64,000 bases of DNA from an uncultured Gemmatimonadales bacterium. GTDB lineage: Bacteria; Gemmatimonadota; Gemmatimonadetes; Gemmatimonadales; Gemmatimonadaceae. How positions within the stretch are numbered: position 1 is the first letter of the stretch; every line of letters starts with the position of its first letter. The notes beneath the pieces were generated by a model, which was given only the letters and a program-made list of their open reading frames with translations, was not told the DNA's origin and did no database searches. The position numbers and the translations under genes were made by a program. The stretch covers positions 480,001 to 544,000 of the forward strand of contig CAWKNZ010000002.1 in the NCBI GenBank assembly GCA_963851265.1, in the 5' to 3' direction. Shown one piece after another: positions 20,707 through 31,242 of this stretch.

Positions 20707-20948
20707 GTCGAGCCAACGCTTGTCGAGCCAGCGCCCCCCCGGCGCACGCCCCGTCGCTGGCGGGCCTCGCCCAACGCGGCGGCGCGCCGTCACCGTGGTG
20801 GAGCCGATGCGCTACAGACGGATCGCGGGTGCTCGGAAGCGGAAGATGGTAAAGAAAACTTTGTGCGGCGTGTGACGCGTGCCACGTGAGTGCGCGTTAG
20901 CGTCACGCGGTCCTTTGTTGTTGCCGCAGTCGTCCCCAATCGTCCGCC

Positions 20949-22121
20949 ATGTCCTCGTGTAACTCCCGCTCGCGACGCGCGTTTCCGCGCGCCGTCCCCG
21001 CCATCACGTTCGGTCTCGTCGCGGCCCTGACCAGCGTGTGCACCCGAGCTGCCGTCGCGCAGTCCACCGCCGGTCTGATCGGCGAGAAGGTGCCCACCAT
21101 GCTGCGCACCGACTCACCTGGGGGGACGTACAGTCCCACCGACCCGTCCCTGCGGTTCTTCTACGGTGCGACGATGGACGGAGTCAACCTCGACGGCGTC
21201 GCGCGCGTCGAGACGCCGGACGTGACGCCGGGGTACACCGACTACTGCACTGGCACCCGCATCAGCGCGCGCGCCGTACTCACGGCCGCGCATTGCGTCA
21301 CCGACGAGTACACCGGCGCGCTCACCGTCTCGCGTACCAGTCCGACGACCGCCCGCTTCGTCGGGCCGGGTGCTGGCGGCGTGGGAAGCGCCTTCTACAG
21401 CTTCACGACGTCGACGGTGTTCGTCCAGTCGTCCTGGCACGGCTTCTACAACGCCAACACGTCGCTCTCGCAGGACGTCGCCGTGCTGCTGTTCGATGCG
21501 CCGCTGCCGGCCTTCGTGACCACCTACGGACTGTTCGACAACGGCGTCCTCGGTAGCCAGACCGCGACTGGCCTGAACACGGTGAACGCCGGCTACGGCA
21601 CGTTCGGTAGCGGGACCGGGACGACCGGATTCGACGGGCGCCGCCGCGCCGGCGACAACGTCGTCGATTTCGTCGGCAACGACCCGACCTCCAACGACTT
21701 CGGCGATCTCTACACGAGTTTCGAGGACTCCAACAACAACTACAACTCGGTGTGCGGGCTCGCCGCGCTCGGCGAGTTCCCGTCCTTCGCCTGTCACGCG
21801 TCCCGTGGCACGACCGAAGCCGGCACCGCCCCGGGCGACTCGGGTGGCCCGCTGTTCATCAACGGCCTGCTCGCCGGTGTCACGTCGTTCGGCACGTACT
21901 TCTGCGATCCCGCGGTCACGACCACCTGCGCGCCCTACATGAGTGGCGACCCCACCCGGGCGACGAACGCCTACGGGTCGCTCAACGGCTTCGCGCCCGT
22001 CTCGCCGAACGCGGCCTTCATCGCCTACGCGATCTCCACCCCCGAGCCGACCACGGTCGCCCTCATGGGCGCTGGCGTGCTCGGCGTCGCCGCCGCGGCC
22101 CGCCGCCGACGCCAGAGCTGA
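20949..22121 (+). CDS. Trypsin-like (S1) serine protease with PEP-CTERM sorting signal
   Basis: Signal peptide; LTAAHC, DVAVL, GDSGGP triad; C-terminus TPEPTTVALMGAGVLGVAAAARRRRQS. Confidence 0.92.
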   Translation: MSSCNSRSRRAFPRAVPAITFGLVAALTSVCTRAAVAQSTAGLIGEKVPTMLRTDSPGGTYSPTDPSLRFFYGATMDGVNLDGVARVETPDVTPGYTDYCTGTRISARAVLTAAHCVTDEYTGALTVSRTSPTTARFVGPGAGGVGSAFYSFTTSTVFVQSSWHGFYNANTSLSQDVAVLLFDAPLPAFVTTYGLFDNGVLGSQTATGLNTVNAGYGTFGSGTGTTGFDGRRRAGDNVVDFVGNDPTSNDFGDLYTSFEDSNNNYNSVCGLAALGEFPSFACHASRGTTEAGTAPGDSGGPLFINGLLAGVTSFGTYFCDPAVTTTCAPYMSGDPTRATNAYGSLNGFAPVSPNAAFIAYAISTPEPTTVALMGAGVLGVAAAARRRRQS

Positions 22122-22160
22122 CCCGTCTGCCGTCGTCCCCACGACGGCTGCGGACCCTGC

Positions 22161-22207
22161 ACGGCACGCGCGCCGGCAACCCAAGAGGTTGCCGGCGCGC
22201 GTGCCGT
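22161..22207. terminator. Perfect 21-bp inverted repeat between convergent genes, likely a bidirectional terminator
   Basis: ACGGCACGCGCGCCGGCAACC-caaga-GGTTGCCGGCGCGCGTGCCGT. Confidence 0.7.
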
Positions 22208-22242
22208 ACGGGATCCGACGTCGCGACGCTGCGCGCCCGACG

Positions 22243-23295
22243 TCAGCCTCGCCGCGTGCGCCCCCGAGCGGCGAGCCCGAACGCCGCGGCCGCCCCGACC
22301 GCCGCGGCCAGCAGGACCGCCGCGCCGCCACGCGGCGCACGTCCCGCGGCGTCCGTGTACGCGCTGTGCTCGAGCACCGGCCCGTCGTACCGACCACGCT
22401 CCGCACCCGCGTGCTGCGGCTCGTGCACCGGCGCGTCGAGATTGCCTCGCGCATGCTCCGGCGCCTCGTCGCTCTCCTGCGCGTCGAACATCACGCGCTC
22501 CATCACCTCGTCCGTGAGGCCGGGCGCCCACTCCTCCGTCGCTCCGATCGCCACCGCCGCCCCGCCCGCGTACAACTCGCGCGTCGGACGCGTCGCGCAG
22601 GTCAGGATCGCGCGCGCCGGCACCTCGGGCGCGTAGAGCGGCGGCACCGGCCGCGGTCTCCGCCGCATGTAGCTCCTTGCCCTGTCGTAGAACGGCGTGT
22701 CGATGCTCGCCGGCTTCACGAGCGACACCGAGATCGGCGCCCCACGGTGTGCCAGTTCCATCCGTAACGCGTCCGTGAACGCCTTCACGGCGTGCTTCGT
22801 CGCGCAGTACATCCCCTGCAGTGGGATCGCCCGCTCCGAGAGCACGCTCCCGACGTTCACGAGCGCCGCGCCGCCCGACGCCCGCCCGTTCGCCTCGAGC
22901 AACGGCAGTGCGGCGCGCGACCCGTGCACCACGCCCCAGAAGTTCACGTCCATCAGTCGCCGCAGGTCTGCGAGCGAGATTTCCTCGAGCGTCCCGTAGA
23001 TGCTGGTCCCGGCGTTGTTCACCCAGGTGTCGACGCCGCCGAACGCGTCGCGCGCCACCCGCGCCAGCCGCGCGACGTCGACCTCGTCGCTCACGTCGCA
23101 GACCACCGCCTCGGCTTCGCCGCCCGCCCGCACCACGGCGTCCGCCGCGGCGTCGAGCGCCTCGCTGTCGCGCGCCGCGAGCACGACTCGCGCCCCCGCC
23201 TCGCCGGCCAATCGCGCCGCCACGCGCCCGATCCCGCTCGACGCGCCCGTGATGACGAACACCTGCTCAGCGAGCGGCCTGAGTGTCAGACGCAT
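22243..23295 (-). CDS. SDR family oxidoreductase
   Basis: TGASSGIG, NNAG, YCATK. Confidence 0.92.
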   Translation of the reverse strand: MRLTLRPLAEQVFVITGASSGIGRVAARLAGEAGARVVLAARDSEALDAAADAVVRAGGEAEAVVCDVSDEVDVARLARVARDAFGGVDTWVNNAGTSIYGTLEEISLADLRRLMDVNFWGVVHGSRAALPLLEANGRASGGAALVNVGSVLSERAIPLQGMYCATKHAVKAFTDALRMELAHRGAPISVSLVKPASIDTPFYDRARSYMRRRPRPVPPLYAPEVPARAILTCATRPTRELYAGGAAVAIGATEEWAPGLTDEVMERVMFDAQESDEAPEHARGNLDAPVHEPQHAGAERGRYDGPVLEHSAYTDAAGRAPRGGAAVLLAAAVGAAAAFGLAARGRTRRG

Positions 23296-23539
23296 AGGTC
23301 GGGTCGGTTCCTCGTCGATCGCATGGTCGAGGGCCGAATGAAGCGACACCGGCGGCGGTTCCCGAACCTGCCGCGTCGGCGCGGCGACCGCGAACGCCGT
23401 CGTGCCCGGTTCGCGACCGCGTGATGATGGGAGGCTCAGGCGTTCGAACTGTTGGCGGGCGTCGTCCGGAGCGGCCTGAGAATCGTGTACTCGCCGAGCA
23501 CTTCGCGGTGCATCGGAATGCCGGCCGTGTCGCCGTCGT

Positions 23540-24709
23540 CTACCGCAGCACCGTCTTCGCGATCGTCTGCAGCTGCATGTTCGACGTCCCTTCGTAGATC
23601 GTCCCGATTTTTGCGTCGCGGTAGAACTTCTCCACCGGGTACTCCTTCGTGTACCCGTACCCGCCGAACAGCTCGACGCACAGCGACGTCACGCGCTCCG
23701 CCACCTGCGACGAGTACAGCTTCGCCATCGCCCCCTCGTGCGCGATGTCGCGCCCCGCGTCCTTGAGCCGCGCCGCGTTGTAGACCATCAGCCGCGCCGC
23801 TTCCAGCTCCGTTGCGGCCTGTCCGACCTGGAACTGGATGCCCTGGAACTCCGCGAGCGACTTGCCGAACTGCTTGCGCTCCTTGAGGTACTTCGTCGCG
23901 GCCGCGAGCGCCCCGCCCGCCACGCCGATCATCTGCGCCCCGATCCCGATGCGCCCACCGTTGAGCGTGTCGATCGCGACCTTGTAGCCCTTCCCCGGCT
24001 GGCCGAGCACGTTCTCGTCCGGCACGAACACGTTGTCGAAGTGCAGCGAGGTCGTGCTCGACGCGCGGATCCCGAGCTTGTCCTCCCGCTTGCCGACCGA
24101 GAACCCCTCCATCGACTTCTCGACGAGGAACGCGGTGATGCCCTTGTAGCCGGCCCCGGGGTTCTCCGACGCGAACACGACGAAGACCTCCGCCTCCGCG
24201 CCGTTCGTGATCCACGCCTTGCTCCCCGTGAGGCGGTGCCCGCCCGGGACCTTGTCGGCCCTGGTCGCCAGCCCGAACGCGTCCGACCCCGACCCCGCCT
24301 CCGAGAGGGCGTACGCCCCGATCGCGTCACTCGTTAGGCGTGTCAGGTACTTCGCCTTCTGCGCCTCCGTGCCGTACGCCGCGATCGGGTACTCGACGAG
24401 CGTGTTCTGCACGTCCACCTGGATCGCCGCGCTGGCGTCCACCTTCGACAGCTCCTCGACGGCGAGCACGATCATCATCGCCGTGCCCCCCGCACCGCCG
24501 TACTGCTCCGGGACCTCGATCCCCATCAGCCCGAGCTCGAAGAAGTGCTTGGTCAGCGCGGGGTCGATCTGCTTGGCGGCCTCCATCTCCATCACGCGCG
24601 GCCGAACCTGCTCCTCGGCGAGGGCGGTCACGGCGTCGCGGAACAGGGTCTCTTCTTCCGAGAGGAGCGTGAGGGGCGGGCGGGCGATAGCGACTTCGGT
24701 ATCGGACAT
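23540..24709 (-). CDS. Acyl-CoA dehydrogenase (short/branched-chain type)
   Basis: ALSEAGSGSDA, GSKAWITN, KLGIRAS, RKQFG, GGYGY, IYEGTSNMQ. Confidence 0.95.
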   Translation of the reverse strand: MSDTEVAIARPPLTLLSEEETLFRDAVTALAEEQVRPRVMEMEAAKQIDPALTKHFFELGLMGIEVPEQYGGAGGTAMMIVLAVEELSKVDASAAIQVDVQNTLVEYPIAAYGTEAQKAKYLTRLTSDAIGAYALSEAGSGSDAFGLATRADKVPGGHRLTGSKAWITNGAEAEVFVVFASENPGAGYKGITAFLVEKSMEGFSVGKREDKLGIRASSTTSLHFDNVFVPDENVLGQPGKGYKVAIDTLNGGRIGIGAQMIGVAGGALAAATKYLKERKQFGKSLAEFQGIQFQVGQAATELEAARLMVYNAARLKDAGRDIAHEGAMAKLYSSQVAERVTSLCVELFGGYGYTKEYPVEKFYRDAKIGTIYEGTSNMQLQTIAKTVLR

Positions 24710-24957
24710 GGCGACGCGAAAGCGATGGTGCGAGATGGCGTGCGCGCGAGCGACGGAAGTGCCCACGCCAGCTCCAAGTTAGCTACCGGCTGCCTCGGGC
24801 GTTGTGCCGAACGTGCTACACACGGCCTACACACGGCAGCGCACGCTGTTGCGCCTTGACCCGTCTCGCCCGTCCGCCGAGCTTGGGGCGTCGGCCACCC
24901 GGGGGCGGCAGGCGGTGACGCGGCCCGGACACGTCGGTCTCACCCTCACCAGTTCTC

Positions 24958-26040
24958 GTGTCGACGATTCTCATCACCGGCGGCGCCGGCTTCATCGGTT
25001 CGGCCGTCGTGCGCCACTTGGTTCGACGCGGCGGGGCGCGGGTCGTCAACGTCGACAAGCTGACCTACGCCGGCAACCTCGATTCCCTCGCCGACGTCGC
25101 CGACGATCCGGGATACGCCTTCGAGCGCGTCGACATCTGTGATGCCGAGGCCGTCGCGCGCGTCTTCGACGCGCACCGGCCCGACGCCGTGCTCCACCTC
25201 GCCGCCGAGTCGCACGTCGACCGCAGCATCGACGGCCCTGGCGCCTTCGTCCAGACCAACGTCGTCGGCACCTACGTGCTGCTCCACGAGGCGCGCCGAT
25301 TCTGGGCGGCGCTCCCGCCCGACGCCGCGGCCCGGTTCCGATTCGTCCACGTCTCGACCGACGAGGTGTTCGGCTCGCTCGGCGCCGAGGGCTTCTTCGA
25401 CGAGGCCACGGCGTACCGCCCGAGCTCGCCATACTCGGCGAGCAAGGCCGCGAGCGACCACCTCGTCCGCGCGTGGCATCATACGTACGGCTTGCCGACC
25501 ATCGTCACCAACTGCTCGAACAACTACGGCCCGTACCAGTTCCCCGAAAAGCTCATTCCGCTCACAATTCTCAACGCGCTCGCCGGCCGTCCGCTCCCGG
25601 TCTACGGGCGCGGCGAGAACGTGCGGGACTGGCTCTACGTCGACGACCACGCCGCCGCCCTCGTCGCCGTCCTGGAGCGCGGCCGCCCCGGCGAGACCTA
25701 CGCGGTCGGCGGCCACAACGAGCGCCGCAACCTCGATGTCGTCGAGACCATCTGCGACCTTGTTGACGAGCTCGGACCGCCGCGTGACACCCCGCGGCGC
25801 GATCTCATCAGGTTCGTCTCGGACCGCCCGGGCCACGACCTGCGTTACGCGATCGACGCCTCGCACATCGCGCGCGAACTCGGCTGGAACCCGCGTGAGA
25901 CGTTCGAGACCGGCCTCCGGAAGACCGTCCGGTGGTACGTGGATCACGAGTGGTGGTGGAGCCGCGTCCAGTCCGGTGGGTACCGCGGCGAGCGCTTGGG
26001 CCTCGCGCCGGCACCCGCGGCCGCCGCGGCCGCGTCCTGA
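24958..26040 (+). CDS. rmlB: dTDP-glucose 4,6-dehydratase
   Basis: [42 protein letters not shown]. Confidence 0.97.
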   Translation: MSTILITGGAGFIGSAVVRHLVRRGGARVVNVDKLTYAGNLDSLADVADDPGYAFERVDICDAEAVARVFDAHRPDAVLHLAAESHVDRSIDGPGAFVQTNVVGTYVLLHEARRFWAALPPDAAARFRFVHVSTDEVFGSLGAEGFFDEATAYRPSSPYSASKAASDHLVRAWHHTYGLPTIVTNCSNNYGPYQFPEKLIPLTILNALAGRPLPVYGRGENVRDWLYVDDHAAALVAVLERGRPGETYAVGGHNERRNLDVVETICDLVDELGPPRDTPRRDLIRFVSDRPGHDLRYAIDASHIARELGWNPRETFETGLRKTVRWYVDHEWWWSRVQSGGYRGERLGLAPAPAAAAAAS

Positions 26041-26064
26041 CCGTGCGATGCAGGTGAGACCCAC

Positions 26065-26967
26065 ATGAAGGGCATCGTCCTCGCCGGCGGATCCGGCACG
26101 CGCCTGTACCCGCTCACGCTCGCCGTGAGCAAGCAGCTGCTGCCGGTTTACAACAAGCCGATGATTTACTACCCGCTCACGACGCTGATGCTCGCCGGCA
26201 TCCGCGACGTGCTGCTCATCTCCACGCCGCACGACCTCCCGCTCTTCGAGCGCCTGCTCGGCGACGGTGCCGCATGGGGGATGTCGATCCGCTACGCCGC
26301 ACAGGCGGTGCCTAACGGCCTCGCGCAGGCGTTCGTGATCGGGCGCGACTTCGTCGGGAACGATCGCGCCGCGCTCGTCCTCGGCGACAACATCTTCTAC
26401 GGCGTCGGCCTCCGCGCTTTCCTCCGCCGCGCTGCCGCGCGCGCCGACGGCGCCACGATCTTCGGCTACACCGTCCGCGACCCCGAACGCTACGGAATCG
26501 TCGAGATCGACAGCGCGGGACGCGCCCTCAGCATCGAAGAAAAGCCCGCCCGCCCGAAGTCCAGCAGCGCGGTGACCGGGCTCTACTTCTACGACAACGA
26601 CGTGCTCGACATCGCGCGCGACCTCGCGCCGAGCGCGCGCGGCGAGTACGAGATCACCGACGTCAACCGCGTCTACCTCGACCGCGACCGCCTGCACGTC
26701 GAGCGCTTCGGGCGCGGCATGGCGTGGTTCGACACCGGGACGCACGAGTCGTTGCTCGGCGCCGCGATGTTCATCGAGGCCATCGAGAACCGTCAGGGGT
26801 TGCTCGTCGCGAGCCCCGAGGAGGTCGCGTTCCGCGAGGGCTTCATCGGGCGCGACCAGCTCGCGCGCGTTGCCGCGTCGCTCGGGAAGTCGTCGTACGG
26901 CGCCTATCTGGCCCACCTCGTCGACGACTCGACGGCACACGACTCTCCACACGACGGTCACGCGTGA
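26065..26967 (+). CDS. rmlA: Glucose-1-phosphate thymidylyltransferase
   Basis: [50 protein letters not shown]. Confidence 0.97.
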   Translation: MKGIVLAGGSGTRLYPLTLAVSKQLLPVYNKPMIYYPLTTLMLAGIRDVLLISTPHDLPLFERLLGDGAAWGMSIRYAAQAVPNGLAQAFVIGRDFVGNDRAALVLGDNIFYGVGLRAFLRRAAARADGATIFGYTVRDPERYGIVEIDSAGRALSIEEKPARPKSSSAVTGLYFYDNDVLDIARDLAPSARGEYEITDVNRVYLDRDRLHVERFGRGMAWFDTGTHESLLGAAMFIEAIENRQGLLVASPEEVAFREGFIGRDQLARVAASLGKSSYGAYLAHLVDDSTAHDSPHDGHA

Positions 26968-27404
26968 CCACGCCGCAGCGAGCACTCCCCGCGCCGAGCA
27001 TCCGCCGCCTCGATCGGCCCGCCGTGCGCTTCGCGATCGCCGGCGTGTTCAACACCGCGCTCGGGTTCGTCCTCTTCCGCGGCCTGCTCCGCGCGTTCGG
27101 AGACCGCCCGACGATGGCCTGGGTCGCGCAATCGCTGGCGTACGGCATCTGCGTCTCGCTGAGCTACGCGATCAACAGCACGTGGACCTTCCGCAGCGGG
27201 GGCGCACACGGGCGGCAGCTTCCCCGCTTCCTCGCGGCCCACGGCGGCTCGCTCGTCCTCTCGAGCACGCTCATCCAGACCGGCGTGACCACGCTCGCGC
27301 TCCCGTTCTCGTTCTGCTGGCTGTTGGTCACCGGTGTCACCACGGTGACCAACTTCGTACTGCAGCGATTCTGGGTCTTCCCGCACCGGCCGCCGGCGGC
27401 GTGA
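26964..27404 (+). CDS. GtrA family lipid-linked sugar flippase
   Basis: [10 protein letters not shown]...[10 protein letters not shown]...[10 protein letters not shown], 4 TM helices; GTG overlaps the rmlA stop. Confidence 0.85.
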   Translation: MTTPQRALPAPSIRRLDRPAVRFAIAGVFNTALGFVLFRGLLRAFGDRPTMAWVAQSLAYGICVSLSYAINSTWTFRSGGAHGRQLPRFLAAHGGSLVLSSTLIQTGVTTLALPFSFCWLLVTGVTTVTNFVLQRFWVFPHRPPAA

Positions 27405-27426
27405 CCGTCGCCGGCGCGATCGCCCC

Positions 27427-28230
27427 TCACCCCGCGCGCGCCGCCGTGACCGTGTAGCCCAGGCAGTCGGCACCGCCACGCCCGCGCAGCGACAGATTGC
27501 CGACTCCCGCGAGCGCGAGCAGCATCGGCGAGAGACACACGCCCAACGCGCGTTGCGCGAGGGCGACGACTCCGCCCGACGTGGGCGCGAGCAGCGGAAG
27601 GATCAACGCCATCGCCTTGTAGCACGCCACCGTCACCGCGTTCCCGCGCGCGTACACCGCGACGTGGTCGAATCCACTGTCCCGCAGCAGCAGGTCGAGG
27701 CTGCTCGGTGTGTACCGCCAGTAATCGTGCGGGATGAAGTGCCAGCGCGCCGCGAACGGCACGGTCAGAAGTAACCGCCCGCCCGGCCGCACCACGCGCG
27801 CGGCTTCCGCGAGAAACGGTGCGGGCTCGCGCACGTGCTCCAGCGTCTCGGTACAAAGGACCAGGTCCGCCGAGGCGTCGGCCACCGGCCACCGGTCACC
27901 CGAGTAGTAGATCGCGTCCGGCACGCGATAGCCGAACTGCTGGTCCGCCTGCTCGATGTCGATCCCGAGATAGCGGTTGCCCGGGCCGACGAGCGAGCGA
28001 AAGGGTTGCGCGCCGCATCCGACGTCGAGCACCGCCCCGTAAGGCGGCGCGAGCTCCGCCGACAGGTCCTGCCAGATCGACCCGAACTGCAGGTCGAGGA
28101 AGCGGCGCGCCACGAACGTGATGCGGCCGAACGCGGTCGTCGGCGGCGCGAGGTGCGGCGGGCGCCAGCGCTCGGCCGCACGCACGACCATGTTCTCGCG
28201 CCGCCGCAACCACCCCGCCCCCGCGGTCAT
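27427..28230 (-). CDS. Class I SAM-dependent methyltransferase
   Basis: VLDVGCG, CTETLEHV, PGGRLLLTVPF, PHDYWRYT. Confidence 0.9.
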   Translation of the reverse strand: MTAGAGWLRRRENMVVRAAERWRPPHLAPPTTAFGRITFVARRFLDLQFGSIWQDLSAELAPPYGAVLDVGCGAQPFRSLVGPGNRYLGIDIEQADQQFGYRVPDAIYYSGDRWPVADASADLVLCTETLEHVREPAPFLAEAARVVRPGGRLLLTVPFAARWHFIPHDYWRYTPSSLDLLLRDSGFDHVAVYARGNAVTVACYKAMALILPLLAPTSGGVVALAQRALGVCLSPMLLALAGVGNLSLRGRGGADCLGYTVTAARAG

Positions 28231-30272
28231 GCGGGCGATCGCGCGCCGACCCCCGCGTCCGCCGCGCCGACCTCCGCCGCGCGGACCGCGCCGTCGCGGA
28301 GGATGCTCCGCCGGATGAAGTGCGGCCGTCGCTTCACCTCGTCGAAGATCTTCGCGACGTACTCGCCGAGCACGCCGATGCCTAACAACGTGAGCGATCC
28401 GAAAAACAGGATGAGCAGGATCGTCGTCGTCACGCCGCGCGGCGCCAGGGTCGGGAACGCGAGCCGCAGCACCGTCTGCACCACCCCCACCCCCACGCTC
28501 GCGATGAACACCACCACGCCCATGAAGCTGAGAAAGTTCAGCGGCGCGTTACTGAACGACAGAATTCCCTTCTTCGCCCACCCGACGTTCTTCATCAGGC
28601 TGTTGGTCGTCACGCCGAACTGCCGCTCCGGGCGTACGTAGTCCACGCCCGTCTGGCGGAATCCCGCGAACGCGCGCACGCCGCGCACGAACAGGTCGCG
28701 CTCGGGGAATTGCAGCAGCGCGCGCACCACGCGGCGGTCCATGAGCGAGAAGTCGCCCGCGTCGTGCGGGATCTTGATGTAGCTGAAGCGGTCGAACAGG
28801 CGGTAGAACGCCTTGTACGCCAGCTGCATGTGCCACGGCGCTTCCCGCTTCACCCGCCGCCCGTACACCACGTCGAACCCCTCGCGCCAGCGCGCGACGA
28901 ACTCCGCGATCAGCTCCGGCGGATCCTGCAGGTCGCCGTCCAGCAGCACGACGGAGTTCTTGCTCGCGATCTCCATCCCGCTCCGGAACGCACTCTGCGA
29001 GCCGAAGTTGCGCGAATGCGAGATCCCGATCACGCGCTTGTCGTCGGCGCTGAGCGCGCGGATGGTTTCCTCGCTGTCGTCCGGACTACAATCGTTGACG
29101 AAAATGATCTCGTAGTCCACCTGCAGCGCGGTGAACGTGTCGCGCAGCCGCCGGTACATGATCGGGATCGCCTGCCCGTCCTTGTAGCACGCGATCACGG
29201 CGCTCACACTGTGCTTCGTGTCGAGCCCGAACCGCTTGCTCGACCGATGGTACGCCTCGCGGTCCCCGATCGCGCGGTACCACGCCGTCGTGCGGGCGAG
29301 CCCGTCGCGCAACGACGTGCGCGGGCGCCACCCGATGCGCTCCCGCACCTTCGACACGTCGGCGTACCAGTCCGCCACGTCCCACCGCCGGCTCGGCATC
29401 GAAAAGCTCGGCTCCGCGCCGAGGTCGTACAGCTCGCGGGCCGCCTCCGCCACGTCGCCGATCGTCGTCTTCCGCCCCGTACCGATGTTGAAGCTCTCGC
29501 CGTAGTCCTCCTCGCGCAGCCGGAGCGCGACGTCGACGAACGCCTCGACCACGTCGTCGATGTAGACGAAATCGCGCGAGATCGCGGGGTCCACGAGCGG
29601 CGGGTAGCGCCCCTCCACCCCCATCGCGACCACCTGCGGGATCAGCCGCGACGCGTCCTCCAGCGGTCCGAACACCGAGTACAGCCGGAGGTTGGCGCAC
29701 GGCAGCCGCTTGCGTTTCCCGAAGAAGTGGATGAGCCCCGCGCTCGCCGCCTTCGCTACCGCGTACTCGCTGTTCGGCGCGAGCGACGCGTCCTCGCTCG
29801 GACCACTCGCGTTGTCGCCGTACTCCGACGAACTGCCCGCGTGCACGTACGCCGCCACGCCGCGCGACTCCAACCGCGCGAGAAGGCGTGCCGTGAACAG
29901 GAAGTTCGTCTGGTAGATGAGCTGCGGGTCCGTCTCGAACGAGTACGCCCCGTACGCGATGCAGTCGAAGATCGTGCGCGGCCGCACCTCGTCGAGGAGC
30001 CGGTCGAGGTTCGACTCGACGAGCAGGTCCGCCTGCCGCACGTTCGCCGCCGGCAGCCCGTCCAGCCGCCATGCCGGCAGTCGCGTCGCCGTGGCGTAGA
30101 CGTCCTCACGCTCCGCCAGCAGCGCGCGCGCGAGCACGGCGCCGACGAACCCGCTCCCGCCGAGGACGAGGATCGGGCCTTGCAGCTGTCGGATCTTGCG
30201 CGTGAGGTCGGCGGCGTGCTGCGCCGAACCGTCGTCGCGCGCGGCGGGAGAGACGGGCGTGTCGATCGACAT
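28227..30272 (-). CDS. Fusion: NAD-dependent epimerase/dehydratase plus GtrB-like polyprenol-phosphate GT2
   Basis: N-terminal GGSGFVG, GSSSEYG, YAVAK; C-terminal VNDCSPD, SRNFGSQ, DGDLQDPPE, GDFSLMDR, two TM helices, GEYVAKIFDEVKRRP. Confidence 0.9.
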   Translation of the reverse strand: MSIDTPVSPAARDDGSAQHAADLTRKIRQLQGPILVLGGSGFVGAVLARALLAEREDVYATATRLPAWRLDGLPAANVRQADLLVESNLDRLLDEVRPRTIFDCIAYGAYSFETDPQLIYQTNFLFTARLLARLESRGVAAYVHAGSSSEYGDNASGPSEDASLAPNSEYAVAKAASAGLIHFFGKRKRLPCANLRLYSVFGPLEDASRLIPQVVAMGVEGRYPPLVDPAISRDFVYIDDVVEAFVDVALRLREEDYGESFNIGTGRKTTIGDVAEAARELYDLGAEPSFSMPSRRWDVADWYADVSKVRERIGWRPRTSLRDGLARTTAWYRAIGDREAYHRSSKRFGLDTKHSVSAVIACYKDGQAIPIMYRRLRDTFTALQVDYEIIFVNDCSPDDSEETIRALSADDKRVIGISHSRNFGSQSAFRSGMEIASKNSVVLLDGDLQDPPELIAEFVARWREGFDVVYGRRVKREAPWHMQLAYKAFYRLFDRFSYIKIPHDAGDFSLMDRRVVRALLQFPERDLFVRGVRAFAGFRQTGVDYVRPERQFGVTTNSLMKNVGWAKKGILSFSNAPLNFLSFMGVVVFIASVGVGVVQTVLRLAFPTLAPRGVTTTILLILFFGSLTLLGIGVLGEYVAKIFDEVKRRPHFIRRSILRDGAVRAAEVGAADAGVGARSPA

Positions 30273-30342
30273 GACGAGAGGATGGGGCGTGGCGCGGGGA
30301 CCCACACCGCGCCAGGATCTTGATGTGTGCGCCGGCCCGCAG

Positions 30343-31242
30343 TTAGGCCGTGATCGCGGCGAGGATCGACTCGGGGTCGAGGCCAGACTCGCGCCGGTGG
30401 AACCGCTGCGAGCCGTACCGCCCCGACACGTACCCCCGCGCGCATCGATGCGTGAACCGGGGCGGAGCCTCACCGTGCATGAGGAGGGCGTGCGCTACGA
30501 GCTCGCCCACGCCGCCTCGCGCGACGTGCTCTTCGACCACCACGAGGTGCCCGCTTCGCCGCAGATCGGCGCGCAGCGCATCGGGCAGGTCGGCGAACGG
30601 CAGCTGCGCGACGACCCACACGGTCGGCCGACGATCCGCGTCCAACGCCTGACACGCAGCGATCAGCGGCGACACGACCGGTCCGACGCCGATCACCGTC
30701 GGCCCGCCTCCGTCCACCACGCGGCGCCACGGCGCGAACGCGGGCAGCGGCACGTCCTTCGGATCCTCCGCCAACCCGAGCCGCAGGTACGCCGGATGGT
30801 CGAACGTCCCGAGGTACCGCACCACGGCCCCGACGTCGGCCGCGAACGCGGGCACGAACACGTGCATGTGCTGCAGGCCGAGCATCGCGCCGTAGTCTTC
30901 GAGCGCATGATGCGTCGCTCCCATCACGCCGTACCCGTAGCCGCCGCCGTTCCCGACGAGACGGGCCGGCAGATCGTGCAGGCACACGCCATTCCGGATC
31001 TGCTCGTACGGGCGCGCGTACATGAACGGCGCAATGCTGTACGCCCAGGGACGCAGCCCGGCCCGCGCCAGCCCGGCGGCAACGGAGACCATGTTCTGCT
31101 CGGCAACTCCGGCGTTGATGAACCGGCGCCCCATCGCGTCGCGGAGCGGTTCGAGCGCGCGGTAGCCGAGATCCCCGGTGAGGAACACCACCGACGGGTC
31201 TTCCGCCGCCTCGATCATCGACTGACAGAACGCGTTACGCAT
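30343..31242 (-). CDS. Transketolase-like C-terminal (pyrimidine-binding) subunit
   Basis: TGDLG, NAGVAEQNM, RPYEQIRN, GATHHALED, VVEEH. Confidence 0.9.
   Translation of the reverse strand: MRNAFCQSMIEAAEDPSVVFLTGDLGYRALEPLRDAMGRRFINAGVAEQNMVSVAAGLARAGLRPWAYSIAPFMYARPYEQIRNGVCLHDLPARLVGNGGGYGYGVMGATHHALEDYGAMLGLQHMHVFVPAFAADVGAVVRYLGTFDHPAYLRLGLAEDPKDVPLPAFAPWRRVVDGGGPTVIGVGPVVSPLIAACQALDADRRPTVWVVAQLPFADLPDALRADLRRSGHLVVVEEHVARGGVGELVAHALLMHGEAPPRFTHRCARGYVSGRYGSQRFHRRESGLDPESILAAITA

Noticed and set aside
20848..20864. PEP-CTERM/PrsR-type enhancer box (GTAAAGAAAACTTTGT) upstream of the protease
   Set aside because: Only partial resemblance and no downstream sigma-54 element seen.
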